Part shown: in pieces, positions 47,280-56,396 of the stretch
How the letters are laid out: each line of letters begins with the position of its first letter
Numbering within the stretch: the first letter of the stretch is position 1
Source: Hyphomonadaceae bacterium
Lineage (GTDB): Bacteria > Pseudomonadota > Alphaproteobacteria > Caulobacterales > Hyphomonadaceae
Assembly: GCA_041987265.1 (NCBI GenBank)
Contig: JBHIWT010000001.1
Coordinates: 1 to 60,609, forward strand
Direction: 5' to 3'
DNA: 60,609 nt
Position numbers and translations under genes: made by a program
The notes under the pieces: generated by a model
What the model was told of the DNA's origin: nothing
What the model saw: only the letters and a program-made list of their open reading frames with translations
Database searches by the model: none

Positions 47280-47444
47280 GGGCGATTCCGGAAATTGTTC
47301 GGTGCGGGGAACATGCTGGGGTTCAGCCGGATGTCCAGAGGGTGAGTGGATCGGGCGTTGCCTGTGCGCACGCCGCCTGTGTGCACGCCGCCGGGTCCCG
47401 GATCGGCCTTCGGCCGCCCGGGATGACGGATCCTGCGCACTCGC

Positions 47445-48395
47445 TCAGGCTGCGTTGGCGGCTTCCAGTTGTTCGACGAGGTCGGCGGGAAATGGCGATT
47501 TGTAGGCGGTGACGCCGAGTTTCTCGCGGATGGTCTCGGTTGGCTGGGCCCATACTTCCGGCCAGTCGACGTCGAGCAGTTGCGGGGTCTGGCGGCCGTG
47601 GCGCCAGCCGGACAGCGTGATCTCGAGCAGGAGCGGAATTGCGGGCGGCGTGCGGATGGCGGCGCGCGCATTCACGAAGGCGAGGTATTGCGCTGAGTAG
47701 TTGTGGCCGAACTGCGAAAGCTGGAAGCCGGAAATGGCCGTCTCGTGCAGCGCGGTGGTGTGGTAGCCGCCGATGATGTGCCAGAGGTCGTGGCATTGCA
47801 GGATGCGGGCGTTGAGATAGTCGAGCGGCGGGCGCAGGTCGGCGAGGCCGAGTTCGTCGCGGTCGAGGACTTCGAGGTCGAACTGGTTCTCGACGATGAG
47901 GCGGTGGAACTCCCCGCCCAACGAATTGGCGGGACAGGCGGCGAGTTCCTCGAGCTGGAACTTGCGGGGCCAGCCTTGTGCGGCGGCTTCGGGGACGCCG
48001 GGGTAAGCGAGGCTGGCGTCGGCGGCGCGGACATCGAAGGTTTCATCGACATGATCGCCGAGGCGCGCGGTGCGCATGGTGAAGGTTCCGGCGTCCATTT
48101 TGGATTCGTCGTCGAGGAAGTCCCAGAAGGGCGGCCAGAGGGCGGGGTTCACCGTGCCCGAGCCCTGCGTGAGGTCGACGTCTGGCGCCGGGTCGCCGTA
48201 CCAGCCGGCGGCGGCTGCGTCGTACAGGTCGAGGATGATGGCCGGTTCGACGAAGCCGGCGCGGGTCAGCAGGGCGGCGAGGTCGATGGCGGCGGGTATG
48301 TCGCCCTTCTTCGCGGCGGCGGCGAGCGCGTGGGCGTCGCCCTCTCCTGATGCGACGATGCGTTCGAACCTCTCGCGGATTTCTGCGGCTGGCAT
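47445..48395 (-). CDS. Coq4-family protein (HDxxH-x11-E motif)
   Basis: HDLWHIIGGYHTTALHE matches the Coq4 zinc-ligand motif. The ATG at 48395 is preceded by GGAGGAGG. The ORF-track start at 48452 is less likely. Confidence 0.65.
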   Translation of the reverse strand: MPAAEIRERFERIVASGEGDAHALAAAAKKGDIPAAIDLAALLTRAGFVEPAIILDLYDAAAAGWYGDPAPDVDLTQGSGTVNPALWPPFWDFLDDESKMDAGTFTMRTARLGDHVDETFDVRAADASLAYPGVPEAAAQGWPRKFQLEELAACPANSLGGEFHRLIVENQFDLEVLDRDELGLADLRPPLDYLNARILQCHDLWHIIGGYHTTALHETAISGFQLSQFGHNYSAQYLAFVNARAAIRTPPAIPLLLEITLSGWRHGRQTPQLLDVDWPEVWAQPTETIREKLGVTAYKSPFPADLVEQLEAANAA

Positions 48396-48485
48396 GGGCG
48401 GCCTCCTCCAAGGCTTTTTCTGGAGGCTATGCGCGGGGCGGCGATGGGACAAGGGTGTCGCCGGGGCGCCGGTAGGACAAGTTGT

Positions 48486-49958
48486 TCAGGTTGGCGCGTC
48501 AGGGCCGGACTGGGCGAGCTTGCGCAGATTGTCTTCGTGGGTCTGGCGATCGATCCGGTAGGTCGCGATGACGATGACGGATGCGGCGAGCAGGAGGATG
48601 CTGACGGGAATGTAGTACCAGCCGAGCCGCATCAGCGTGTCTTCGGGTATGTCGGCGGGAGCGACGCCGACCGGGAATTGCGCCAGCGTGAGGACAAGCG
48701 TCGCCAGCATGACGCCGAGACCGGTGACGAGTTTCTGCGTGAAGGTGTTGGCGGAGAAGAACAGGCCTTCGGAGCGGCGCCCGGTTTTCAGCTGGGACTG
48801 TTCAACGAGATCGGACATCAGAGAGAGGACGAGGGCCTGGAAGCAGACGATGAGGGCGACGTTGACCTGCCCCAATGCAACGACGACCCAGAATGTGACC
48901 TCCTCTCCGCCGCCGGAAAGGATTCCGAGCAGGCGCAGCATGACCGCCATGGGCGCGCTGAAGACCATGATCGAACCGATAAGAACGGCGCCGCGCTTCT
49001 TGCCCAGCGTGCGCGTGACAAAGGGCGCGATGGCGGCGCCGACGAAGACTGACAGGAAGATGAGGAGTGTGAGCAGCGCGATCTGGATGGCGCTGAAGCC
49101 CCAGAAGTAGGTGGAGAAGTAGACCGACAATGCGTTGGACAGGCCGGCTGCGGTGAAGCCGAACATCATGGCGATGAAGATCGAGAGAAAGGAGCGGTTG
49201 GACAGCGTTTCGAAGATTTCCCGGAAGATGGTGAGGAGTGTGACGCCGGTTCGCACGGGCGGCTGGGTGAGGCGGCGGATCTGGCCGTGGGTGCCCAGCG
49301 AGGAGATCATGATGGCGAGGAAGATGAGGGTCGCGGCGATGGCGCCGTAGACGCCGTACGCCTCCCGGTTGAACTGGCCTTCGGGGATGTCGGCGGTGAC
49401 GAAGGCGGGGAACAGGAAGAAGAACATCAACACGGTCATGGCGTTACCGCCGGTCCAGCCGAAGTAGGAGCGGAACGCCTGAAGTGTGGAGCGCTGGTCG
49501 TAATCGCGCGTGAGTTCGGGCGCGAGGGCGGCGCTGGGCGTTTCGAACAGGGTGATGAAGTTGCGCGTGAGGATGGCGAGGACGAGGAGGTAGATGAACA
49601 GCGCCTGATCGCTCCATCCGGTAGGCGGGCTCCAGAGGAGATAGAAGCAGATCGCGACAGGGATGGCGGAGGCGTACATGAAGACGTGGCGCCTGCCCCA
49701 TTTCGAGCGGAAGTTGTCGGACCAGTAGCCGACGATGGGATCGGATATGGCGTCGGTAACGAGCGCGATGGTGAGCGCGAGGCCGACCAGCGGCGCGTCG
49801 AGACCGACGACCTGGCTGTAGAACAGGAGCAGGAAGATCGAGAATCCCTGGTCCTTGACGCCGAAGGCGATCGCGCCGGCGCCATAGGCGAGACGCGTGC
49901 CGAGCGATGGGGCGCGCTGGGCGGCGATGGCGGCGGGGTTTGGTTGGGTGTTGTCGAT
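48486..49958 (-). CDS. GPH/MFS-family cation symporter; N-terminus lacks a canonical start codon
   Basis: The ORF track starts at M49679. The same frame stays open to 50003 and encodes the conserved family N-terminus (LAYGAGAIAFGVKDQGFSIFLLLFYSQVVGLD...DPIVGYWSDNFRSKWGRR). No ATG, GTG or TTG lies in that stretch. The upstream end is placed at an ATC codon (49958-49956) that follows AAGGG. Confidence 0.65.
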   Translation of the reverse strand: MDNTQPNPAAIAAQRAPSLGTRLAYGAGAIAFGVKDQGFSIFLLLFYSQVVGLDAPLVGLALTIALVTDAISDPIVGYWSDNFRSKWGRRHVFMYASAIPVAICFYLLWSPPTGWSDQALFIYLLVLAILTRNFITLFETPSAALAPELTRDYDQRSTLQAFRSYFGWTGGNAMTVLMFFFLFPAFVTADIPEGQFNREAYGVYGAIAATLIFLAIMISSLGTHGQIRRLTQPPVRTGVTLLTIFREIFETLSNRSFLSIFIAMMFGFTAAGLSNALSVYFSTYFWGFSAIQIALLTLLIFLSVFVGAAIAPFVTRTLGKKRGAVLIGSIMVFSAPMAVMLRLLGILSGGGEEVTFWVVVALGQVNVALIVCFQALVLSLMSDLVEQSQLKTGRRSEGLFFSANTFTQKLVTGLGVMLATLVLTLAQFPVGVAPADIPEDTLMRLGWYYIPVSILLLAASVIVIATYRIDRQTHEDNLRKLAQSGPDAPT

Positions 49959-50003
49959 GGTGGGGCCCTTTTGGCGCCTGCGTGTTGATCCCGGATCAGA
50001 ACG

Positions 50004-50507
50004 TCAGCTGCAGTCTTTCCTTGGTTGTGCTCTCTCGGATGACTGCGACGCACGCTCTTTCAACACTCTTGGTTCGCAATCCGTGTCGGGCCACAGTTGG
50101 ACGCGGTACACGTCTTCGCCGCTATCCCAATGCTCTGCCACGGTTTCGAAACCGCCGCCGCAAATCCGTGCGCGATAGCGACCAGCAGGAACCTTAATGC
50201 GAGCAGCATCCGGAAAATAATCGGTGCAACCGGCTACGACGAGTTTTCCAGACTGGATTTCCAGCCCACATTCAGTGACGTGATCCCAATTTTCAAAGTC
50301 TTCTCGCGGTTCTGACTGAAGGACTTCCACGGTGACTGGAACATCGACATTGCGAACGGTACCAACCGCCAAGGCGCCGGGTGCAACGGCAAGCATTCGC
50401 TCGGTTGCCTCGCGATTCCAGGCGCCCTCGCCAATGTAGGGTGCGTTTTCATCCTGCAGGTAGAATTGGAAGTAGTCAGCGAAGAGGCTGAAGGTATGGG
50501 TGGTCAT
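50004..50507 (-). CDS. hypothetical protein, AT-richer than its flanks; weak recollection-level resemblance to ComJ-like proteins
   Basis: Clean 167-aa ORF with GGGGGA upstream. By eye it has a lower GC content than its neighbours. The family call is tentative. Confidence 0.5.
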   Translation of the reverse strand: MTTHTFSLFADYFQFYLQDENAPYIGEGAWNREATERMLAVAPGALAVGTVRNVDVPVTVEVLQSEPREDFENWDHVTECGLEIQSGKLVVAGCTDYFPDAARIKVPAGRYRARICGGGFETVAEHWDSGEDVYRVQLWPDTDCEPRVLKERASQSSERAQPRKDCS

Positions 50508-50583
50508 GCCTGATTTTCCCCCACCTCAATAATGCGCGATGTCCATTTGGGACCGTTGGTGATCGATCTGCTCTGGTGCGCGC

Positions 50584-51033
50584 CTACTCGCCGTAGGAGA
50601 TGCCGATGGATTCGGCGACGCAGGCGGGGCGGTCCTTGCCTTCGATCTCGATGGTGGCTTCCATCGTGACCTGTTTGCCGCCGGCTTTCGGTTCGACCTT
50701 GAGGCATTTCTGGCGGAGGCGGACTTTTGAGCCGACGGGGACCATGTTGGTGAAGCGGACCTTGTTGCAGCCGTAATTGATGCCGCGCGAGACGCCGTCG
50801 ACTTTCATCACCTGGGCGGCCAGCATGGGCAGCAGCGAGAGCGTGAGGTAGCCGTGGGCGATGGGGTGGCCGAGCTCTTTCGTGGCGCGTTCGACGTCGA
50901 CGTGGATCCATTGATGGTCGCCGGTGGCTTCGGCGAACTTGTTGACCTGGGTCTGGGTGATCTCGTGCCAGGGCGAAACGCCGACTTCCTCGCCGACGAG
51001 GGATTCGAGATCATTGAAATGGATGGTGCGCAT
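50584..51033 (-). CDS. MaoC-like (R)-specific enoyl-CoA hydratase / hot-dog fold
   Basis: FAEATGDHQWIHVDVERA...HPIAHGYLTLSLL is a typical MaoC dehydratase block. Confidence 0.9.
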   Translation of the reverse strand: MRTIHFNDLESLVGEEVGVSPWHEITQTQVNKFAEATGDHQWIHVDVERATKELGHPIAHGYLTLSLLPMLAAQVMKVDGVSRGINYGCNKVRFTNMVPVGSKVRLRQKCLKVEPKAGGKQVTMEATIEIEGKDRPACVAESIGISYGE

Positions 51034-51278
51034 TTGGCGGTTTCCTCAGTTTCCTGTTCTCTTAGTTGCCCTGATTTCTAAGGGATTTGCAGCGTCCGGA
51101 CACGCTTTTTCTGGCGTCGGGACGTGATTTCGAGTGAGATGGGGCGCTGGCGGGGGGATGTTCGGGCGTGAAATGACTCGCGTCCGGGCGGGGATTTGCT
51201 GGTGCGGGTCGCGCGGCGGTGTTGGGCTTCGAGCCAAGGCCGCCAGAAGTTGAACCCACTAACGGCCGGGATCGAGAG

Positions 51279-52226
51279 ATGACCAAACGCAAGTCGCGCA
51301 GCCCGAAGAAGTCTGAAACGCTGGAGGTCCGGCTGGACCATCAGACCAAGCAGGACTTTATCGAGACGTGCCGGGAAAACGGCACCACGGCGAGCGATGT
51401 GGTGCGTTCGGGCATCGAAAAGTATCTCGCCCGTTACAACAAACCATTCTGGCGGCCGACACCTGAAGCCAATGATGGAGTGTCGGCGATGATTGTTCCT
51501 TTTGTGAAGCACCGGAAACGCGTGTTGGCGGGCGGCGTTGGGGCCGTGACGCTGGCGGCGATGGTTGCGCTGCCGAGTGCGGCGGGGCCGGACATGAAGG
51601 CGGCGTTCGCGCGGCTGGACCAGGACGGCGACGGCAAGCTGACGATCACGGAGTTCATGGGGCCGGAGGCTGGCGACAGCCGGCGGGTGGAAAAGGTGGT
51701 CAAGGAGATCATCGAAGAAAACGCCGAGGATGCGGACCGTGACGGGCGCGAGGTTGAGGAGCTGGAGATCGTTTCCGAGACGTTCGCGGTTTTGTTGCCG
51801 CCGGAGGATGGCGATGTCGACGGCCAGTGGGGCGTGTCGATGCAGGCCAGCCGGTCGATCAAGGGCGGCGATCCTGACAGCGTCGATGTTCCCGAAGATC
51901 CGCGCCAGGAAGAGTTTGCGGGCATGGATACGAACGGCGACGGCGATGTCAGCCTCGGCGAGTTCGAGGCGCGGATGAAGGCGTTGTTCACGCGCGGCTT
52001 CGAGCTGCTGGACGAGAATGGCGACGGCAAGCTGACGAAGGCGGAATTCGCTGTCTCGGCTGACGGGCAGGTGCTGTTGCGCCGCAGCCCGGCAGGGATT
52101 GATCAGGACGGAAGTTCAGGATCGCCCGAGCTGTTGAGCGATGTGCAGGTGGAGGCCGGGTTCGCAGCGATGGATGCGAACAAGGACTCCAGCGTGACGC
52201 TGAGCGAATACCTTTCGGCGATCTGA
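51279..52226 (+). CDS. membrane-anchored protein: N-terminal ribbon-helix-helix-like domain, one TM segment, four EF-hand loops
   Basis: ETLEVRLDHQTKQDFIETCRENGTTASDVVRSGIEKYL (RHH-like). TM segment VLAGGVGAVTLAAMVALPSAAG. EF loops DQDGDGKLTITE, DTNGDGDVSLGE, DENGDGKLTKAE, DANKDSSVTLSE. Confidence 0.7.
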   Translation: MTKRKSRSPKKSETLEVRLDHQTKQDFIETCRENGTTASDVVRSGIEKYLARYNKPFWRPTPEANDGVSAMIVPFVKHRKRVLAGGVGAVTLAAMVALPSAAGPDMKAAFARLDQDGDGKLTITEFMGPEAGDSRRVEKVVKEIIEENAEDADRDGREVEELEIVSETFAVLLPPEDGDVDGQWGVSMQASRSIKGGDPDSVDVPEDPRQEEFAGMDTNGDGDVSLGEFEARMKALFTRGFELLDENGDGKLTKAEFAVSADGQVLLRRSPAGIDQDGSSGSPELLSDVQVEAGFAAMDANKDSSVTLSEYLSAI

Positions 52227-52249
52227 TCGGAACGTTGCAGCAAGTCATG

Positions 52250-52284
52250 CAGCCTCCCCCGTTGCGGGGAGGCTGTCTGTTTTT
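52250..52284 (+). terminator. rho-independent terminator
   Basis: 10-bp stem CAGCCTCCCC/GGGGAGGCTG with a 6-nt loop, followed by TCTGTTTTT. Lies 24 nt after the stop of 51279..52226. Confidence 0.75.
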
Positions 52285-52349
52285 GAAACGCCGCGGAATC
52301 GTTAATCGGGGGTGAACGCCCGCTGCGCCGGCAGCGGAGCAGGGCGGCT

Positions 52350-52892
52350 CTATTCGGGAGCGGATTCTTCGAGCGCGGCGCTCAGTGCGGTGCCGAGTTC
52401 GAGGATGCCTTGCTTGATCCACTCGTCGTCTCTGCAGCGGTCCTTGCAGCGCGTGTTGAGGGCTTCGAGTTCGCGGTAGACGTCGATGGCGGCGTTGAGG
52501 TCGCCGAGCTGGATCAGGGTGAGGCCGAGGCGGGTCTTGGGTTCGGGGCGGCGCTTGTCGCGCTCGCTTGCGACTTCGAGATAGGTGCGGGCGGCTTCCC
52601 AGTCCTGCTGGCCGAACTTGGCGAGGCCGAGGAGGAAGTTCGCGTCGGCGCTGCGCGGCTGTTTTTCAACGAGCTGGGTGAAGTTGGCGTCGGCTGTGAC
52701 GAAGTCGCCCGCCTCGAGGGCTGCGACGCCGTCCTCGTGGAGTTGTTTCGGGTTGGCCTTGCCGCGGTCGAGTTCGGCGCCGCGCTCGAAGCGGTTGGTG
52801 TCAACGCCGCCGAGATTGATCTGGGCGTGGGCGGTTGTGGCGGCGGCGAAAGTCAGCGCGATGGCGGCGAGCAGGCTGCTGAGCAGGCGCAT
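52350..52892 (-). CDS. exported TPR-repeat protein
   Basis: Signal MRLLSSLLAAIALTFAAATTAHAQ. GGAGGA lies 7 nt upstream of the ATG at 52892. TPR-like helices. Confidence 0.7.
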   Translation of the reverse strand: MRLLSSLLAAIALTFAAATTAHAQINLGGVDTNRFERGAELDRGKANPKQLHEDGVAALEAGDFVTADANFTQLVEKQPRSADANFLLGLAKFGQQDWEAARTYLEVASERDKRRPEPKTRLGLTLIQLGDLNAAIDVYRELEALNTRCKDRCRDDEWIKQGILELGTALSAALEESAPE

Positions 52893-53002
52893 GGTCATTC
52901 CTCCGGGAAGCGGCTGTTGAGGCTTCTTTGCCAGTGACATGAATGCCGAGAATGGGAGGCGTGTCTACAGGCCTGCGAAACTGTGATGTCGGGGGCTGCA
53001 GT

Positions 53003-54373
53003 TCAGGCTGGCCCGGCGGGCGGTTCTGCGGCCGCGGGTTTCTTCTTCATGTTCCAGATCGGGGTGAAGGCGATCATCCATACGATCATCACGACCATGC
53101 CGAGCGAGGGTACGAAGATGACGCCGCGAGGGCCGGCCTGATCAGCGATGACGCCCATGAGGGCCGCGCCGATGGGCGCGCCCGCCATGAAGCCGAGCTG
53201 GTAGATCGACAGGACGCGGGCGAGGAGTTCCGGGGGCGCCGCTTCCTGGACGATGGAGCGGGACATCATGATGGAGATGCCGCCGGCGAGACCGAAGAGG
53301 AAGATCAGCGTCAGGAACAGCCAGTATTGCGCTTCGGTGGCGAGGATGAGGATGGCGAGCGCGCCGATGAGTTGCGAGGCCAGCATCAATCGCCCGGGCC
53401 TGGCGATGTTGCGGAAGCGCGAGACCGCGACAGAGGAACAGAATGCGCCGGCCCAGAAGGTGACGAAGATATCGCGCAGGCCGGCTGAGTTGTGGTTGTA
53501 GACATCGGCGTTGATGATCGGCAGCACGACGAGAAAGGCGCCGATGACGAAGACGCCGACGCCGAACATGCAGACGACCATGGAATAAAGGACGGGATCC
53601 TTCCTGACGCACTTCATGCCGTCGGCGATGTCGCCGAAGACTGCGCCGACGCCCTTTCGTCCTGTCGAGATCATCTGGGTGGAATCGAGGAACAGCGCTG
53701 CGATGGCGCCTGCCGCGACGATCGCGCCCTGAACGCCGAGCAAGGGCCAGACGCCCTTGGTTGAGGCCATGCCGCCGATCCACAGGCCGGCGATCTGCGC
53801 GGCGAACTGTGCGAGGGTTGCGAAGGCGACGCCCTGCTGGAGCGTCAGCTGCGACCCGGCGAGGCGCCGGCGTTCGACGACTTCATTCAGGATGGAATCG
53901 CGCGCCGGCATCATGAAGGCGCCGATGGTTCCCATGGCGACGGCGTAGGTGAGCATCATCCAGTATGCCAGGCCGCCGATATTGAGGGTGTAGGCCAGAG
54001 CGGCTGCGGGCAGCGCAGCGAGGAGATGGAAGAAGACCAGCAGCCACTTGCCGTCCGCCCTCTCCGCTATGACGCCGCCGAGCAGGATGAAGACGACGGA
54101 CGGCGCCGCCAGAGCCATCTGGGCGACACCGAGCAGCGTGCCGGAGACGCCGAGCTGGTTTTTCAGGATATACGGAAAGAGCACCATCTGGGCGCCGAAG
54201 GCCGTGAACCATGCGATCTGGACCAGCATGTAGGCCGGCAGTTCGATGATGATGCGGCGGCGGGCGCCTGAGGTGAGAATTGCTCCCGCGCCGATGGCGG
54301 ACGAGATCCCTGTGATCGGGGATTGCGCGCCCTCAGTGATCTCGTCGTCGAGCTTGTCGAGTCCGTTGCTCAC
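53003..54373 (-). CDS. MFS transporter
   Basis: About 12 predicted TM segments and typical MFS loop motifs. The family subtype is not resolved. Confidence 0.85.
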   Translation of the reverse strand: MSNGLDKLDDEITEGAQSPITGISSAIGAGAILTSGARRRIIIELPAYMLVQIAWFTAFGAQMVLFPYILKNQLGVSGTLLGVAQMALAAPSVVFILLGGVIAERADGKWLLVFFHLLAALPAAALAYTLNIGGLAYWMMLTYAVAMGTIGAFMMPARDSILNEVVERRRLAGSQLTLQQGVAFATLAQFAAQIAGLWIGGMASTKGVWPLLGVQGAIVAAGAIAALFLDSTQMISTGRKGVGAVFGDIADGMKCVRKDPVLYSMVVCMFGVGVFVIGAFLVVLPIINADVYNHNSAGLRDIFVTFWAGAFCSSVAVSRFRNIARPGRLMLASQLIGALAILILATEAQYWLFLTLIFLFGLAGGISIMMSRSIVQEAAPPELLARVLSIYQLGFMAGAPIGAALMGVIADQAGPRGVIFVPSLGMVVMIVWMIAFTPIWNMKKKPAAAEPPAGPA

Positions 54374-54561
54374 GCACGGCCCTCCCGATTCGCGTAATCT
54401 AGCCCGGATCGGGCCGGGGGAAAGCCGATATCCGCGCGGTGCAGAAACGCCCGATCGCGTATGAGTTGAAAACGCTTCCTATTTGCGGGCGCCGCAACTG
54501 GTTGGACATGTTGCAATCGGCAGGCATAGTCGCGCCCGATCTCCAGTTGCGGGAGTTGCGT

Positions 54562-54990
54562 ATGTACGGAATGCGAATGGTGGGGAGCTGGATTCTGGCT
54601 CTGTTCCTGGCGGCGATGTTCTTGCTGATCGCGAATGAGATTCTGTTCCCGGACAGTCCGGAGGAGAATGTCGTGTTTCCGACTCTCGTCGCTTATTCCG
54701 GCATGTCCCTGTGGGAGCCGACCGGGCGCTTCCTGGTTGGCGTGGCGCATCCCGTGGCGTCGTTGCTGTTGTTCATTCCGTGGACGCGCAGGCTGGGCGC
54801 GATCCTTGCGATCGTGCTGTCCGGCGGCGCGCTGGCGGCGCATGTGTTGTGGCTGGGCACGGAGATGCCGGTGACGCTGGATTCGCCCGAGGGCGAGACC
54901 GATGGCGGCATCCTGTTCTATCTGGCGATCTCGCTGTTCGTCGCCGCGATCGCCCTGTTGATCATACATCCGCGAAAACACCGGCACTGA
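54562..54990 (+). CDS. small integral membrane protein (DoxX-like, tentative)
   Basis: The ATG at 54562 follows GGGAG. Four hydrophobic segments. The ORF-track start at 54439 is less likely. Confidence 0.5.
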   Translation: MYGMRMVGSWILALFLAAMFLLIANEILFPDSPEENVVFPTLVAYSGMSLWEPTGRFLVGVAHPVASLLLFIPWTRRLGAILAIVLSGGALAAHVLWLGTEMPVTLDSPEGETDGGILFYLAISLFVAAIALLIIHPRKHRH

Positions 54991-55175
54991 TCCGTCTGCT
55001 GGCGGTCTCCTGGGCGCATTCTGACGCCGGGCGGACCCTTGTAGCGGGGCAGTCGGCGCGATTTCGGTTGATGATTGTTTAACCTGGCGCGGCGATGGTC
55101 GATGCGGGACGGTGCGGTCGTGATCCGGCCGCGCCTATCGCGTTGTTTATTGCATGAGCGCATCGACAGGACCCC

Positions 55176-56393
55176 ATGCCCGACTCCGCCCAGTTGCACG
55201 CCGCTGAGGCCGAAACCGAAGACGAGTGGAGCCCGGAACTGGCTCCAGACTCGCCTGAGAAGGTCGACGCCAAGGAACTGAACCGGATGCTGCTGAAGCG
55301 GCTGATGGATGTGGTGGCGTTGCCGTCTTCGGTTGGCAGCCTGCAGGACCGGGCGATCTCCGGGGATCTGTTGTTGGAGCTGCTGATCGACGCCGATATC
55401 TGGGCGCGTGAATTGTGTTCGCGCCGGCTGGAGGAGATGACGCAGGCGCCGAAACGGCTGTTGCGGTTTCTGGCGCTGGATATTCCTGCGGTGTCGGAGC
55501 GGATCATCGCGAACAACAAGGGTCTGGATGATGCGGACCTGATCCAGATCGTGTTGCACGGCGGCGCCTTCCACCGGCGCGTGGTGGCCGGGCGTCCGGA
55601 TATTGGCTCTGCGGTTTCTTCCGCGATCGCCGAGTCCGGGGATGTGGCGGCGATCGAGCGGTTGTTGCGAAATACACGGGCGGAGCTTTCCGACCGGGCG
55701 ATCGATGCGATGGTTTCGATCTCGTCGGATGCAACGCAGCTGACATCCTACCTGATCCTGCGGGATGAATTGCGGCCCGCGCACGCTCTGGCGATGTTCT
55801 GGTGGTGCAACCAGGCGGACCGTCGCACGATCCTGATGAAGTTTTCCGCAGAGCGCACACTGCTGATCGAGGGGTGCGCTGATGTGTTCAAGGCGATCGG
55901 CAAGAACGGATTGAAGGACCCGGTGTTCGCCAAGGCGATGCTGGTGATCGAGCGGCGGCAACGCAACCGGACTGTGCTGGCGTTGTCGGAGTATGAGAGT
56001 CTCGACGATGCGATCGAGGTTGCGGCGTCGGCCGGAATGACGACGGAGCTGCGCGACGAGATTTCGTCGCTATCGGGGATCACGCCGCAGACAGGTGAGC
56101 GGATCATGCTCGACCCGGGCGGTGAGGGTCTTGCGGTGTTGTGCAAGGCGACAGGTCTGAAGCGCAATTCTCTGCGTTCGTTGTGGCGCGCGCTGGGTCG
56201 TGAAGGCGTGGAGATGGAGAAGCGCTTCGCGCACGTGCTGGATGTCTATGAGTGCATGGCCGTGGCCAAGGCGCAGACCGTGTTGCGCTACTGGAACTGG
56301 ACGATGGAAACAGCGTTCTCGCCGAACTCGACCGCGATGTCGCCGGAGCTGATGCGGCGCGGCGGGATCGGGCCCGAGGCCGGCGATACCTAG
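55176..56393 (+). CDS. hypothetical helical-repeat protein (DUF2336-like by recollection)
   Basis: 405-aa ORF with repeated helical blocks (AISGDLLLELLIDAD, RLLRFLALDIPAVSERIIANN). The family assignment is unverified. Confidence 0.6.
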   Translation: MPDSAQLHAAEAETEDEWSPELAPDSPEKVDAKELNRMLLKRLMDVVALPSSVGSLQDRAISGDLLLELLIDADIWARELCSRRLEEMTQAPKRLLRFLALDIPAVSERIIANNKGLDDADLIQIVLHGGAFHRRVVAGRPDIGSAVSSAIAESGDVAAIERLLRNTRAELSDRAIDAMVSISSDATQLTSYLILRDELRPAHALAMFWWCNQADRRTILMKFSAERTLLIEGCADVFKAIGKNGLKDPVFAKAMLVIERRQRNRTVLALSEYESLDDAIEVAASAGMTTELRDEISSLSGITPQTGERIMLDPGGEGLAVLCKATGLKRNSLRSLWRALGREGVEMEKRFAHVLDVYECMAVAKAQTVLRYWNWTMETAFSPNSTAMSPELMRRGGIGPEAGDT

Positions 56394-56396
56394 CGG

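Noticed and set aside
47360-47432. Tandem 15-mer GCCTGTGCGCACGCC/GCCTGTGTGCACGCC and a GC hairpin downstream of the Coq4-like gene
   Set aside because: There are only two units and no U-tract after the hairpin. It may be a weak terminator, but the evidence is too thin to call a feature.
54918-55961. 347-aa minus-strand ORF
   Set aside because: It lies antisense to the 405-aa helical-repeat protein. It is extremely Arg/Gln/Pro-rich with no start context.
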